A stretch of 58,558 nucleotides of DNA, the filler included, from Dugesia japonica (taxonomy: Eukaryota), in NCBI GenBank assembly GCA_001938525.1. It is 5 parts of 5 records of this genome, joined end to end, with 100 filler letters (N's around TTAATTAATTAA, not from the genome) between each part and the next. Parts side by side here need not be neighbours in the genome. Positions count along the whole stretch, not along the records: positions 9,631 to 24,814 come from MQRL01601952.1; 4 more parts are not named here. One strand, 5' to 3'. Positions within the stretch are counted from its first letter, which is position 1. Each line of letters begins with the position of its first letter. The notes under the pieces were generated by a model. That model made no database searches, had not been told where the DNA came from, and was given only the letters and a program-made list of their open reading frames with translations. The position numbers and the translations under genes are program-made. Below, one piece after another: positions 11,711 through 24,403 of this stretch.

Positions 11711-14700
11711 CAGTTGTATTGTTCTCTTTAATCTACAATATAATAATATACTGTCCTTTTCCCTGAAATATAAAATAAAAGCTTCTCGGCCTATGCATAT
11801 TAATTAACAATAAAATAATCAATTAGCTTTAATCTTAACTTATTCATTTTTACTAATTCCTCTATTCAGTCTCTAATCTTAGAATTAATGCTTATTTCCT
11901 AGTTTTTAAAATGATACTACATTTTATGAATTATCAAATTAACTCTTATAATCGAATTTTACACCTATTAATTTATTATTTTTCAATACTATTCAATCTA
12001 TGCTTAAATCTTATGTTATCTATTTTCTTAAATAAATACTAAAATGTTTTTAATTTAACTCAATCTTTTTAACTGGCGCTTATGCAGTTTATTATACTAT
12101 ATTTTATTTATCGTTTTAATTTATTCATTTATTTTCTTATATTTTATATTGCACTCTGATTATTACAAATTTTTTTAAATTATCTCTATTTCGTTTGCTT
12201 CTAATTTTACTTTACATTTGTCAAGATAATATTTCAAAATTTCTCTTCTTCAAAATTAAAACCTTCGATGCTCTAAGTTTGGTTTTCTCGAATTTATGCG
12301 TAAGTTCAACTAGATTCTACGATCCTTACTCACATTGGGATTTTCTTTCAAATCTATTTTATTCTTCTTCACTCCAAGCACTAATAACNGCTTGATTTTC
12401 TCTCATCCTCCTAAAATATCTGCGAGTTTTCTTTCAAACTCAAGGCTTTCTTTCCAAGCCCATTTCTGATTTCCGAGTTTTCTTTTAAACCAAAAACTTT
12501 CTTCCAAGCTCATTTCTAAGGTTCTTCTTCACACTTAGCCCCAAACTGTTGTGTACTTCACATGAATTAAACTTTCATAATTTTTCAAAGATAATTTTCT
12601 CAAGTTTCCAGATTCCCATAAAAAGAATACTGCTTCTAAAATTTCCAACAAAACCACTTCAAATTCTTTTCTTTCCTTCCGCTAAATTTCTAAAATTTTC
12701 AATAATAAAATGATTATGTGAAGTACCCATGCTAACATAAACAACGCTCCATATCAGCATATATGTGATAAAGACTTCCAATCTGAATCGATAACACCCT
12801 GCTCGCAAACTCTAAAATTTCGTAATATAATTCCACGATATAAATAATCTAAAATAATTCCAATAATAATTCGAGTTTTCGCTATTCAAATGAGCTACAT
12901 ATGTACCCTACAAATGTATTTTCTTGGCAGCACTGAAACTTTTTGCGGTCAATTAAGATTACTCGGATCTCATTTCGGGAAGATCCCATCCCAGACTTGA
13001 GAAGACCCTTCTCAAATCTTAAAATCCCTAGACGAACTTCGAGCAGTAAATCCGTAAGGGAGGACTACGTGCGGTCCCATACGCCAAATGAACTGCCTGG
13101 ATGGTCGATCCAAAAAAAATGTATCGTCCACTCATTACTGCCGGTGCATATCATTGTTCACATTACAAACACATTCTTCCGGCCTCAAAAGATGAATTCG
13201 AGAGAATTTCGAGTTCCCACGCTGCTTATGCGTGGTGACGCAGCTCACAGTGAAACTCCAAAGAAACACCTACTGTCAAAACAAAAACATTTTTACCTCG
13301 AGGTAGCTTTCCATAAGTCTAAATTGTTTCGTCAATCTTCGTCATTAGACAGCCATTCTCGTTTTCCTCATAAAAGGTGATCAATCTTCAGATTCCAAAC
13401 TACTGACTGTGTGCCCTAATTTCTTAGATCAACTCCCCAACTATTGACGCCTTTAACATGGTTCATATCGGTGATCCTATAGTTAACTTTTTATAACTCC
13501 TAGGTCTAAATGTTACCCAATCGCCCCAATCTTCGTTCATTCAATTGACCAGTTTCGATAAATTTTATTCTACCTGTGCCGTCTGTCCAATACCCTTCTT
13601 GCACTACCTGACTAAGTGTGATTTCAATAAGAAAAATAAAATTAAAATCTTCAAAATTCAAAATTTCTTCCAATCTTCCATTTACTCATCTTAATATATA
13701 TTATCCACAATTATTCTCTCAGAACAATCTTAATTTCTTCAAAGTGCAACATTTGTTGAAATCACAATTTATTTTCCAATCTTCAACTTGTTTGGGATAC
13801 AATGAAGCTTCTGTTGAATATTCATTTAACTTTTCCAATTTTCTGTTACTGAACTTTTTATTTTTATTTCTGATTTTTATTATTTTTCTTTTTTGTTGCA
13901 ATTTCCTATTAACAAAATTTTATATCTTTTTATCATCACTTTTTCCTTAAACCAGTATAATCTTCCTTCAAATGCCATAATACTTTCTTTTAATTTACTT
14001 ATTTTACTGCTCTACATCACCTCATCATTAATGTACTATTAATTATCAAAAGTTCATTTTACATTTAAATAAAGTAACTCATATTTTCACGTTTTATTGA
14101 TTTATTATATTTATTCTTTTCTTTATGATCTATCCTTATTAATATTAATTTATTTTATTAACGTGTTTATCCAATTCAAATGTTAATAAAACTTTATTGT
14201 CACCCAAATTAACATTTATTACCAAGTATTTCAAATTCCGCAAATTTTATTTTCCCTAAACGTTTATTTGTTTATCAATTCAAAATTATTGTCATTGCCG
14301 CTTGTCAAAATTTTTTTTTGTCAAGTCCTAATTATTAGTTAAGATTTCACTAATATTACTTAAACATTGTTCAAGTTTTAATATTATTTAAAATTATCAA
14401 TTAATAATAATATATTCGAATAAAAATTCATTACGAGTTGCCTGCTTCTTAATTTCATACCCACCTTTTATCTTTCATAACCAAGTAATCTGAAAATCAG
14501 ATATTAAGCAATTTGCCACTTTAATATTTTACGAAATTAATTAATAAAAGGTATCCAAAGATATTAATTATTAATCAAAAGGTATTCAATTTAAATATAT
14601 TAAACTGCCAGCGATTTAAATTATTTATCGTTTTAAACAAAAATCTTCAGTTAATCGCAAAGTTATATTCAAAATCATTCATTTTCATCAGATAATAGTC

Positions 14701-15016
14701 AAAAGGTATTCAAAATGTCAGTACTATATTCAAATTGTGCCATTACAGTTTTGTCACAAAAATTAACCAACAAAAAAAATGATTATAAATCTTTGTTTAT
14801 CACTAAACTCTTCATAATAATATCTTTGTTGTTGTAAACAAACAATTTCAGAAGTTTTAAAGAATTTGTAAGGTAAAGTTTTCAGGAGAATTCTCGCGAT
14901 TTCGAAGGTTTTTCAACACAAATTAACATCTTGGAGAGTTATATGAAGGAAAAATAACATGCTAAATACTTTATTTAAAAATAACTGAAGTTATTGATTA
15001 TAAACAACAAAGTTTG

Positions 15017-15277
15017 TCAGACATCCGAAGACAAATCAAATCGCATTTGTCTTGGGCGCCGCAATCGTTCAAGGTCGTCAAGTTTCTCTTTTTTTCCTTC
15101 TCCTTCAATCAATTTCTCTAGTCTTTTTGCCTCTTTGTCTTTATCTTTTAGAATGTATTCCATTCTGGCTACTCTTTCGGCCAACCGGCTCATCTTCATC
15201 TTAAGATCCTTGATCGTCTTTCTTAACATGACAACCTCTTTTTCCAATTTCTCATTGCTGCTCTGATAAAAAGCCAC
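15017..15277 (-). CDS. Small coiled-coil orphan protein in the element C leader
   Basis: Intact 86 aa ORF with heptad pattern (LEKEVVMLRKTIKDLKMKMSRLAERVARMEY); higher GC than flanks; AATAAA downstream at about 14970. Confidence 0.45.
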   Translation of the reverse strand: MAFYQSSNEKLEKEVVMLRKTIKDLKMKMSRLAERVARMEYILKDKDKEAKRLEKLIEGEGKKEKLDDLERLRRPRQMRFDLSSDV

Positions 15278-15283
15278 GCGTTG

Positions 15284-15493
15284 TCAGCGGGTGTATTCGA
15301 GGCACCTCTGGATGGTGAGCTTTGTAATGAGCCTCCGATATACGGGCCAATGGACCCAATATTTTCCATCCTGGTCAATGAAGTCATCATCAGTATCGCT
15401 ATCGGGTGGACTGCGCGTCGGGCTGGAGTTTGGCAGGGTTCTGTCTTTTGTTTGCTTATCTTGGCTGGTCATTCTACAATAAACATTTACCAT
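15284..15493 (-). CDS. Small orphan protein (S/P-rich, acidic) in the element C leader
   Basis: 69 aa, GC-rich; separated from 15017-15277 by one in-frame stop, so possibly a single gene originally. Confidence 0.4.
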   Translation of the reverse strand: MVNVYCRMTSQDKQTKDRTLPNSSPTRSPPDSDTDDDFIDQDGKYWVHWPVYRRLITKLTIQRCLEYTR

Positions 15494-17069
15494 TAAACAC
15501 TGGTGTTACATACGCATATATCAAACCAACGATAGATATATAACTTATTATATTGGGCTTGTAAATAATTGAAAAACAGCAAACCAACACAACTTGTAAA
15601 CCCGACCCAAAATTGAAACTTCAATTTAAGTTAAATATTCAAGGGTAAATAATTCTATCATCAACTTTCATTATGGTTAATAATAATTAACATTATCTTT
15701 TTATTCGAAGTAGAACAATTTTATATCCAAAAAGGAACCAATTTAACTATGTTAATCCACATTATCTTTAACATCGTTTTAAGGTAAATCAATATTAAAT
15801 AATTTCACAACTAATTTCAATTTTCTTTTTCTAATCAGTATTAAAAACCACATTTAAAGGTGTATTTCATCATTACTTTGCAACACTTTAATATTTTAAT
15901 ATCCCAATTCAATGCAGTCTATTGTTATGAAAATCTGTGTTTCATTTCATTTATTTTAATTATTAAAATTTAACTTTCAATTTTAATTAATCATTAATTA
16001 ATCAACTGATTATCTCTAATTTTATAATTTTTTTTCTGTGGTTTAATACATTTCTACCACAAAATTTCCGATCTTAGTACTATGTCGACTGTTCAGTTTG
16101 ATTATTTCTTATTATTATCTCTTATGCTACTTTTTAGTCAAAACTCATTTCATTGCTTATATCAATACTCTTATATTATCATCCCAATTTATTGTCACTC
16201 TATCTTACATTAACATTTTATACAGTGTCATTTTTATTGCTTCATAGTCAAATTTATCTTTATCGTCATCAAGATTCTCTGTTATCCCTCGTTTTATTTT
16301 TAAGTGTTATCATTATTTAAAATTCCTCATAATACCCTTCAGTGTTTGACTCAAGTTTCAGTATTATTTTAAAATCATTAATTAATAATAAAAAAATAAA
16401 ATATGATCATAAATTATGACGAGTCACTTGTCTCTTCCTCTCATACTAATTTTTGTTCTTTATGACCAATTGGCAGAGAATCATAGCTCAAGTGATTCGC
16501 TACATAATGTTAAGGAGTATATTGAGTGTATCAAAAGGTGATATTTCAATTTAAGGCGAACATTCAAAGTTAAAAAATAATTTTGTTCTCAATTTAAATT
16601 ATGGTTAATCAACAATAGCGCTATCTTTTCATTTAAGGTAAAACCATTCTAGTTCGACATAAATCAATTTAAACTTTGTTAGCCAATAAATAATTTCAAT
16701 ATAAGTTTAAGCTGTATCGATTTTTTACCAGAAATAAATCTTTTTTAATCAACATTAACTTCAACGTCATTTTTAAAGCAAATTCATTTTCAATAACAAA
16801 ATGTTCTATTATCGATTTTATTTTATGAGTAAATTTTTAATATCAATTAGTTTCTCATTAATTTTTATTTATGATCATCAATTCCCACTATTAAATTTAC
16901 GGGTGCATTTTATCAATTATTAAAACTCATTTTCATTTATGCCAACACTTGTCATATCTACTTGTTATCTAAAAATTAACAAAATGTCAAAACAAGGTTT
17001 GATGAGAATGATAACTTATTTGATCCCACAAAAAAAATTTTGTTTTGAAATGTAAAAAGCAAATAAGCG

Positions 17070-17087
17070 ATCCCGGTTGAGCCCCCA
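17070..17087 (-). promoter_or_regulatory. Primer-binding site complementary to the tRNA-Pro 3' end
   Basis: Minus strand TGGGGGCTCAACCGGGAT, 16/18 identical to the MLV-type Pro PBS TGGGGGCTCGTCCGGGAT and including the CCA complement. Confidence 0.85.
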
Positions 17088-17090
17088 AAA

Positions 17091-17186
17091 AGTAATATTA
17101 ATAATAATAGTAATAATAATATTAATAATGATAGTAATAATAATAGTAATAATAATATTAATAGTAATATTAATAATAATATTAAT
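17091..17186. repeat. (TAA)n-like simple repeat at the expected 5' LTR position of element C
   Basis: AGTAATATTAATAATAAT units between the PBS and the truncated capsid gene. Confidence 0.6.
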
Positions 17187-18337
17187 GCCGATGTTGTTAA
17201 AGCTTTGGCAAACTTGATGTCCAATCTCAAATTTCCTTGTTGAGGTAATTGACTCTGATTTATATCGAAATCTGGAGCAAGAATAAATGTAAAGAAAGGA
17301 TAATTATCCTTAAAATCTTAAAGTGTTATTCCACAACTCATATTCTTTTCCAAATATCCCATATTTCTTACTATAGATTGCATATTTTTTGTAGCATAAT
17401 TATCGTTTGACAAAATCTTGAGTATATATTTCTGGATAATCAGTGTTTTTCGTCAAGGAAACGGACACAGCATCTAGATTTTAAAATGTTGAACTCTATC
17501 TTTTATAGCTACCATTATATTGTTCACCACTTTGAAACGTAAACAGAATAAAGCTAGGTAATCGACGATCACCAAAGATTTGTTCCTTATAAAACGATGA
17601 ACTATCTTTACTAATTGCAAATGCAACGACTTACTTGGCTCTTATTGGATAAACAGCATTTTGATTTTTTAGACCCATTTGATGAGCAATTAATACTTAG
17701 GGCTCAACACGTACATGTCTAACCATTAGTTTTGCATCTAGTAATACATATTTAGGTTGATTGGCTGCAGATTCCAAACAAATATCAGCCTCTGCTTGTT
17801 TCAATCGAATATGAACATTGACAACAAGAATAAAGTATTTCGGTAGATCCATGAAATCAAGTTGCAATGAACCGCAAGAGCCAATTGTTTTGATATTTTA
17901 ATAGACTTTTTTTTATCTGCTTCTGATCTATATCCCATTGCTGAAAGACAAATATTTTTACTATCACCATTATAATTTATTATAGTTACAATTATTGCTT
18001 TGTGAAGATAAGATCCATTTCCACCCTCAATTTTGAAATTATTAAACGAAAGAATTACATCTTTAAAAAGAGTATGCAGCATATAATTACTAGGAACTGC
18101 ATCATGAGTGTCAGTCAAATCTTTACCAGCCTTATCAACCACCTTCAAGTTAATATACAAAAAAGTATCATTCAAATCCAAATATTCTCTTTGAGATCCA
18201 TTTATAAAAAACTCAACGTCACTTTGTGATTCAGAAATTGCATTCATAGGAAAGAACTCTTCGAAAGTAACACTTTTAATTACAGCTTGAGGAGATGGTC
18301 GATCAAAAATACATAATTTAGTTTTAGCGCAAATCAT
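17186..18337 (-). pseudogene. Polinton major capsid protein (double jelly-roll), frameshifted
   Basis: LCIFDRPSPQ..EFFINGSQREYLDLNDTFLYINLKVV, PSNYMLHTLFKDV, and C-terminal GNLRLDIKFAKAL match the Polinton MCP pattern. Confidence 0.88.
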
Positions 18338-18779
18338 TTTTCAAATATTGTTCCATGGCCTCTCATTCGTTTGTTTATACGTGATCCATAAATTTTCTTA
18401 CGTTTTCTATTATTTTGTAATGTCGTGACTTGATTTGTTAGCATATTAGTTATTTCAGATGATATTTCATTAATTATAAATTTTGCGGTAATATGTTTGC
18501 TACTTTTGGAATCATACTGGTTACTCCACTAGGTAATAATGACATATCATTTCCAAGTTCAGCTAATGCATTTGATTTCAATGTGAGTAATATTTTTCCG
18601 TCATTATCTAGTACATCCTGAGCTGTTTTCATACCAAAAGAACCAATACGTTTAAGAATCGGTAAAGCAAATCTACTTATTGTTCTCAACCAACCAGATC
18701 CATATTACTTTCCAAGAAAGTAAGATAATTTTCCGCCTGCTTGACTAGTACTATACAATGAAAAAATATCAGGATTCAT
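18334..18779 (-). pseudogene. Polinton small virion core/amphipathic protein (QxGG, YGSG motifs, basic tail)
   Basis: MNPDIFSLYSTSQAGGKLSYFLGK*YGSGWLRTISRFALPILKRIG...RKRKKIYGSRINKRMRGHGTIFEK; its stop overlaps the MCP ATG. Confidence 0.7.
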
Positions 18780-19802
18780 TATTTAGTTTTCTAAAATGTA
18801 AAGTTAAATGAGTTTTTGAATGTTTTGGAAACTTGATTAATTATCCGTTATCATCACGTATATTAATGTCTATATTGTTTATACATGATTTTGCAATAGA
18901 TAAATACATTGGATTATCAACTATTAATTGTACTACTTCATAGGTTTCATGCTTTTCTATCCATACTGCTTTCAATAAATGTACACTAACATCTCTTACA
19001 ATTATAGGTTCAACAAGACTACTATAGATGAACATTTGCTTATGTAATTTCATTATTTTCGATTTAGTAATAGCATTGAACTGACCTCCATTCATATCTT
19101 CAGGAGCATATTGTTGTTTGTCTAATCCCAATGTTTTTGTCAAAACATTATCAAATACAACTTTTTTTACATCATCTTGTAGTTCTAATTCAAAATATTT
19201 ATCTGCATTTATAAGACATTCCTTAAATATTTGAGTACAATTTTCCGTCAAATATTTACTTAATTGTTCCAATTCTGATATGTAAATATCATCTCTTAAC
19301 TGAACAGTATGATAATTCACCATTGTATTAGCCACTTTAATTTTTAATTTTTGAACTGTTTCATCATTTGTAAAGTTTGTATAGATATGACCGAACTTTT
19401 TTGTTTATTTGTTAGATTTAAATCCTAATCCAAATGAGTGTGCGATATTTGCATCTTCAAATATTACAACATATGGAAAATCACAATAAAATCTTATGAG
19501 ATTATTTTCAAATATTTCAAAATTTTTATTTTGATCAACACTAAGAGTTTTTACCTTGTTATTTATTGTTACAGTTATTTCATTCAATATATATATTTTG
19601 CAGTCATGTATTCAATTTTCGACTTGCTATATACCAGAAACGGTGAATATAGAAAGGTGAAGTCCATCGTGGCAAATTCCCAACCACCATCCATATAAAT
19701 AGGATTTTGTAGCTCGACAATGAATTTACTAGCATTATTCTCAGGATGAATAAGTGGACAGCTATCACCCGGTAATAGTGTCTAGAAGTTACTCGATTTC
19801 AT
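18769..19802 (-). pseudogene. Polinton minor capsid (penton) protein
   Basis: N-terminal LPGDSCPLIHPENNASKFIVELQNPIYMDGGWEFA; C-terminal MFIYSSLVEP..PMYLSIAKSCINNIDINIRDDNG..THLTLHFRK. Confidence 0.85.
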
Positions 19803-20820
19803 TTGAATTTTCTTCTTGATTGACTATTTGTGATGCCAATATCCAACTTGGTTTTTCGTATCCATGCCACTTTACGTAGTATTGTTTATTTTTTCCTGAT
19901 CCTTTTGATTTGATTATTGCTTCTATTCTTTATATCTCTGGTGGTAGAATGACTTGTAATTCTTACTCATAGAATTTTCCTTGCACGATATTAACTTCAT
20001 AATCTTTAATAACATACATGACCGGATTTTTGTTTTTGTTATTTGAAATACTTCATGACTCCAATTACTATTGAAATTCTTGATAAATGGTGAAGCTGAT
20101 ATCTTTGAGATTCTTACATGATCGCCAACTTTATACTTTGGTTTTTTATTTGCTTTTGAATGTTTTTGCAATATCCATAACTTTAATTGATCTTGCTCCA
20201 TTTAATTCCTTATGACCAGAATGATTATAACTATGAATAAGTATCAGTAAAACATTTATCCAAGTCTTTTTACCAACATGCACAAAGTACTTTTTCAATG
20301 CATCTCTCAATGTGCGATTAAATTTCTCTACATGTGCAGCTTTATACTGAAAGAATACACTATAATGATTTATGGATAGATGATTTATAATTTGTTTCAC
20401 CTTGGAATTGTGAAATTCCATACCCAAATCCGTTTGTAAATTATCTGGATGCCCATTTTTAAACATTGACTTGATTGCTGGTTCCATATCATTAGCAGAC
20501 TTTGATTTAACAGGAACAGCTCTTGCAAATCTACTGAATATATCAATAAATGTCAAAATATACTCGTATCCTTTATTAATTTTTGAATATGGAATAATTT
20601 CCATTAGATCCATTTGCCATAAATCATCAATACCATATGTTTTATATGCTCTTGTTGGAAATCTTTTCAACATCGGCTTGTTCAGGCTGTACGCTAGTTG
20701 TCCAGATAACCACTTTTTTTTCTTTCTTTTCGTTTTTTGAGCTGCTTTCATCAACTTGTCTACGCCTCGAAAACCTGCTGGGTTTTTTGGATCCGTCTAT
20801 ATTGTTTTTAGTTTACCCAT
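19789..20820 (-). pseudogene. Polinton retroviral-like (rve) integrase with C-terminal chromodomain
   Basis: DDLWQMDLM, YILTFIDIFSRFARAVPVKSK, LQTDLGMEF, VEKFNRTLR, PKYKVGDHVRISK, YYVKWHGYEKPSWI; a few stops and frameshifts. Confidence 0.93.
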
Positions 20821-21324
20821 TACTACAATTCGATGCAAATTTTAAGTCAAAATTTGGTAATAATTGCAATCCGCCCATTGTTTATTAATATATTAGTCAA
20901 AAGCTTTAATTGTTTGTTTAATTTGATAGACTGCATCATTTATTAATCTCTACATCTAGTTTTTTCTTTAATTTACTCATAATTTAGTATATTGTTTATA
21001 ATTGAAAGTTAAAAACACACTAAAAATTACGTGCCTGGGAAATTTTTATTAATAAATGCAAGTTAGATGCAACATATATACACTAAAATCACATGCCTGA
21101 GAATTTTTATTGATTTTTTCAATAAATCCAATAGGTATGCAACTCAGATGCTACTCATATGCAACACACATACATTGAAAATCACATCCCTCTAAATTTT
21201 AGACTGCCCAATTCCTTTCAAAATATCAAGACAGTCTCATAACATGCTAAATATAGAAACTCCCCATGCTAAATATCAAGACTGCTCCATCTCATACATA
21301 AATATAAAGTCTGCTATAAAAATT

Positions 21325-21446
21325 TTAATTTCCCGTGCAAAAATAAATTTTTGAATTTCGCACCAAAAATATTTTTTGAATTTCCCGATAAAAAAAAATT
21401 TTTGAATTTCCCGCCAAAAAAAATTTTAAATTTCCCGTCAAAAAAT
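21325..21446. repeat. Five ~24 bp subterminal repeats TTTTGAATTTCCCGCCAAAA (E2F-like core)
   Basis: Units read directly upstream of the integrase. Confidence 0.75.
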
Positions 21447-22349
21447 AACAAGACTGCCCTTTTCCCTGTTCGAAAAATATGAAAACACACACTTACCAGT
21501 CAAAAATACTCACAAAATACTCAAAAATGCCATTACTTTCAAAAAATTCATCAATTTAAGCAAAAACAGCATTTTAAACCAAAATAAAGATTTCAAAAGA
21601 TTATGACATCATACCCACCCAACAGAAAAATTTCAAATAATTATTTAAAAATCTGATAATTAATTTTCTTTCAACACATAAAACTCTCTCCGTCCCGAAA
21701 TTTTTTTTAACACATTTAAACTACTTTCAAAAATCAACCAATCAAATTAAAGCTCTTTAAATAAAAATCAAAGCACATTCGACATACTAAATCTTCTCCA
21801 TCACATTACCTTTGTAACAACATATCTACCATTCAAATCCAATAACACACTACAAACCTAAAACCTCTCAAAAAACACACCACAATAACTCATACGACAG
21901 TTCCGTGGAACCACTACCCTTCTAGCGAAGACCATCCATCCACACCATAAGTCCTTTAAACAATATATAGCCCAAATTTTGGTCCAACAACAAACAAATC
22001 TAAAAAACTTTAAAAATTATTTCCAAGATCTCCAGCTCCTCCTCGAGTCCAAAACCATTATTTCACACACGCCCACAACCACACACATAAACTCAACTTA
22101 ACCTACTTTTTAAAAAGCCCTTAACAACCCAAACACAAAAAAATTTTAAAATTTAGAAATACACACACAACCACAGGATCAAAAAAACTGATCCGATCAA
22201 AAAAATTTTGATCCTACAACTCTTAGAAAAAAAACTAACCAAAAAATCATAACACAATCGTAATGTGTTACCGAGCTCACCTGCTTCCGGGGGGTTCATC
22301 CTAAATTGTGCTAGTGCGCTAATGTGCCGTAAGGCCACTATTACCTACT

Positions 22350-22635
22350 TGCGCCAATATTGTGTTTTCCAGATATAAACAAAAAATTTATATTATATAC
22401 AGATGCCAGTTTCGGTAAAATAAAAGCAATATTGCTACTGAGAGATAAGGAAGGAAGAGAAAGAGTTGTTGCCTTTGGATCACACTCAATGACAAGTCAT
22501 GAAAAGGGATTACTTTATCACACGAAAGAAGTTATTGGTTGTTTAATACTTCTGTATGCATTTCAAACATTACTTGTATGGTAGAAGATTTACTTTTAGA
22601 ACAGATCATAAAGCTCTAACTTTCATGATTAAGAC
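22350..22635 (+). pseudogene. Gypsy RNase H fragment
   Basis: APILCFPDINKKFILYTDAS..VVAFGSHSM..HFKHYLYGRRFTFRTDHKAL. Confidence 0.85.
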
Positions 22636-23968
22636 AGTAGATGGGTAGTGGGAGTCATAGCCAGTACCCATTCAGTAACCCCCTCCCCGTGACATAAGGA
22701 AATTTAATCTTAATGCATTTTGTTGGGAAATTGAAAAAATGATATCATATTAGGTAATATTACGAAATGGGATTAAGTGGTTATAGATTTTCCTGTGTAT
22801 TTAGTTGAGAAAATATTTTGAACAAAAATTATGTAATAACATTAATTTCATCGTCGAGATTTTTACGTAATAGGATTAAGTGCCTATACATTTTCCTGTA
22901 GTTTTACTTTGGAAAATTTTTCAAGCTTATTAAGCGGCAAAGTAACTATACATTTCCCTTTGTTTTAGTTGGGAAAATTTTTCAGAATTTCTAGGCAACA
23001 ATATTTTTTTGAATTTTTAGTTGGCAATTTATTCGGTGGTAAATATGGGTAGGTTTTGGACAATTTTGCTAATTATTTACTCGGTTTAGGTAATATTGGT
23101 AGAATCTTTCTCACATTAGTCAGTTTTGGTCAGTTTTTGGACGATTTGGGCAATTATTTACTCACAAGGATCAGTTTTAGGTGAATTTTAATGATAAGTT
23201 TGGGTTGAATTTTAAGGAAATTCATGTGAAAAGTTGAATTTGTTTAAATTTTCAAGTTTTTTAAAATTTTTTAGGGAAATTATTTATAGGAATCCTGGCA
23301 AACCATTCATGTTGTTTAAATAATATGAAAATTTAAAATTTTTTATATGAAATTTTTACGGGAATCCGGGTGAACAGTCTAAAGTTTTGAAAAAATATGT
23401 TCTATATATCAGATTTTAAAGATTTGTATACCAAACTGCTGAGAATTTTTCACAAATAAAAAATTTTCGAAAACATTTTCCTTCTTAAATAAGTTAAGTA
23501 TTTCTTATATAGACAATTTTACGCTAATTCCAAATATGTTAACCTAAAATCGCCAAAGTTAATATTCTATGAAATAAATTGCGTTTTATAATGAAAAAAT
23601 CTCAAATTTTGAATTTTTATACTCAATTTTCTCTGCGTACATAACTCGTATGGTTTCAAATTTGGTAGTATTTTACTCAAGAGGAAATAGTGACTGTGTA
23701 AAGTTAAATTATAGTCTCGGCAAAAATGCTTCCTGACGAATATGTACAGTCGTCCTCCCGGATTTGGTAACATTTTTCGAAAATACCAAAAGTACCTCAA
23801 AATTTATCAAAATCGATACTATTTGATAGGAACGTTTACAGTGAGTACGAATAACACAACAAAACATCATCAAACCTAATAGATAAAAAGTTATATGGAA
23901 AACAAGTACTTAATTTGGGAGTCTCCAAGAAACAGAAAATAGTTTAATAATTTACTTGATTCAGCCTT
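22636..23968 (+). mobile_element. Truncated left arm of the non-coding Polinton-derived family
   Basis: Starts AGTAGATGGGTAGTGG; long blocks match 41575-43163 (e.g. CTCAATTTTCTCTGCGTACATAACTCGTATGGTTTCAAATTTGGTA). Confidence 0.82.
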
Positions 23969-24403
23969 CAGTCAACAGTGATTAGTGCTCAAGAGAGATA
24001 AGATTAGACTATGAAAAAGATTTTGAATCATGAGTTATGAGATAGTTTACACTGAAGCTAAATAATAAATTTTGCTTTTCGAGTGCAAACGGAGAAATCG
24101 AAAGCAGTTCAGGACATTTCAACATTTCATTAAGGCAACAATCACGAAAGAAAGACAACAGATTGACCGTTCTTTTTCCGGAAACCGGATTTACAATGAA
24201 CGCAACAACGCAGAAGATGACTGTAAAGATCCCGGCTGAGATTTTATTTGGAAAGAAAATTAGCAGAGAAAAGTGGTATGAGTCAGACGTTTCAGATAGA
24301 ACTAAAGAAAAAATAAAATTAAAGTGTAAATAATAAATGTACAATAAAACGTTTGGAAAAGATTTTAAAGAAACAACACATGGAAAAGAATCAAACTGGA
24401 TAT
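23969..24403 (+). pseudogene. Gypsy integrase C-terminal fragment
   Basis: MNATTQKMTVKIPAEILFGKKISREKW, similar to the integrase tails of elements A and B. Confidence 0.7.

Larger units (their letters stand above)
9632..17186 (-). mobile_element. Large LTR-retroelement 5' half (element C): tRNA-Pro PBS, >5 kb leader, gag; abuts the Polinton capsid gene
   Basis: PBS at 17070-17087 is co-oriented with gag; the capsid reading frame breaks off at about 17186. Confidence 0.6.
17186..22349 (-). mobile_element. Polinton/Maverick (adintovirus-like) arm: terminus, integrase, penton, core protein, major capsid
   Basis: Four abutting or overlapping Polinton-type genes; minus-strand terminus AGTAGGTAATAGTGG at 22349. 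Confidence 0.9.

Noticed and set aside
12943-13380. Plus-strand 145 aa ORF and other antisense ORFs over TE genes
   Set aside because: No motifs; shadows of minus-strand coding or decayed sequence.
17070-17087. tRNA-Pro gene
   Set aside because: Only the 3' 18 nt including CCA are present; this is a PBS, not a tRNA.
16976-17230. Poly-Leu ORF
   Set aside because: Capsid C-terminus running into a TAA microsatellite; not a membrane protein.
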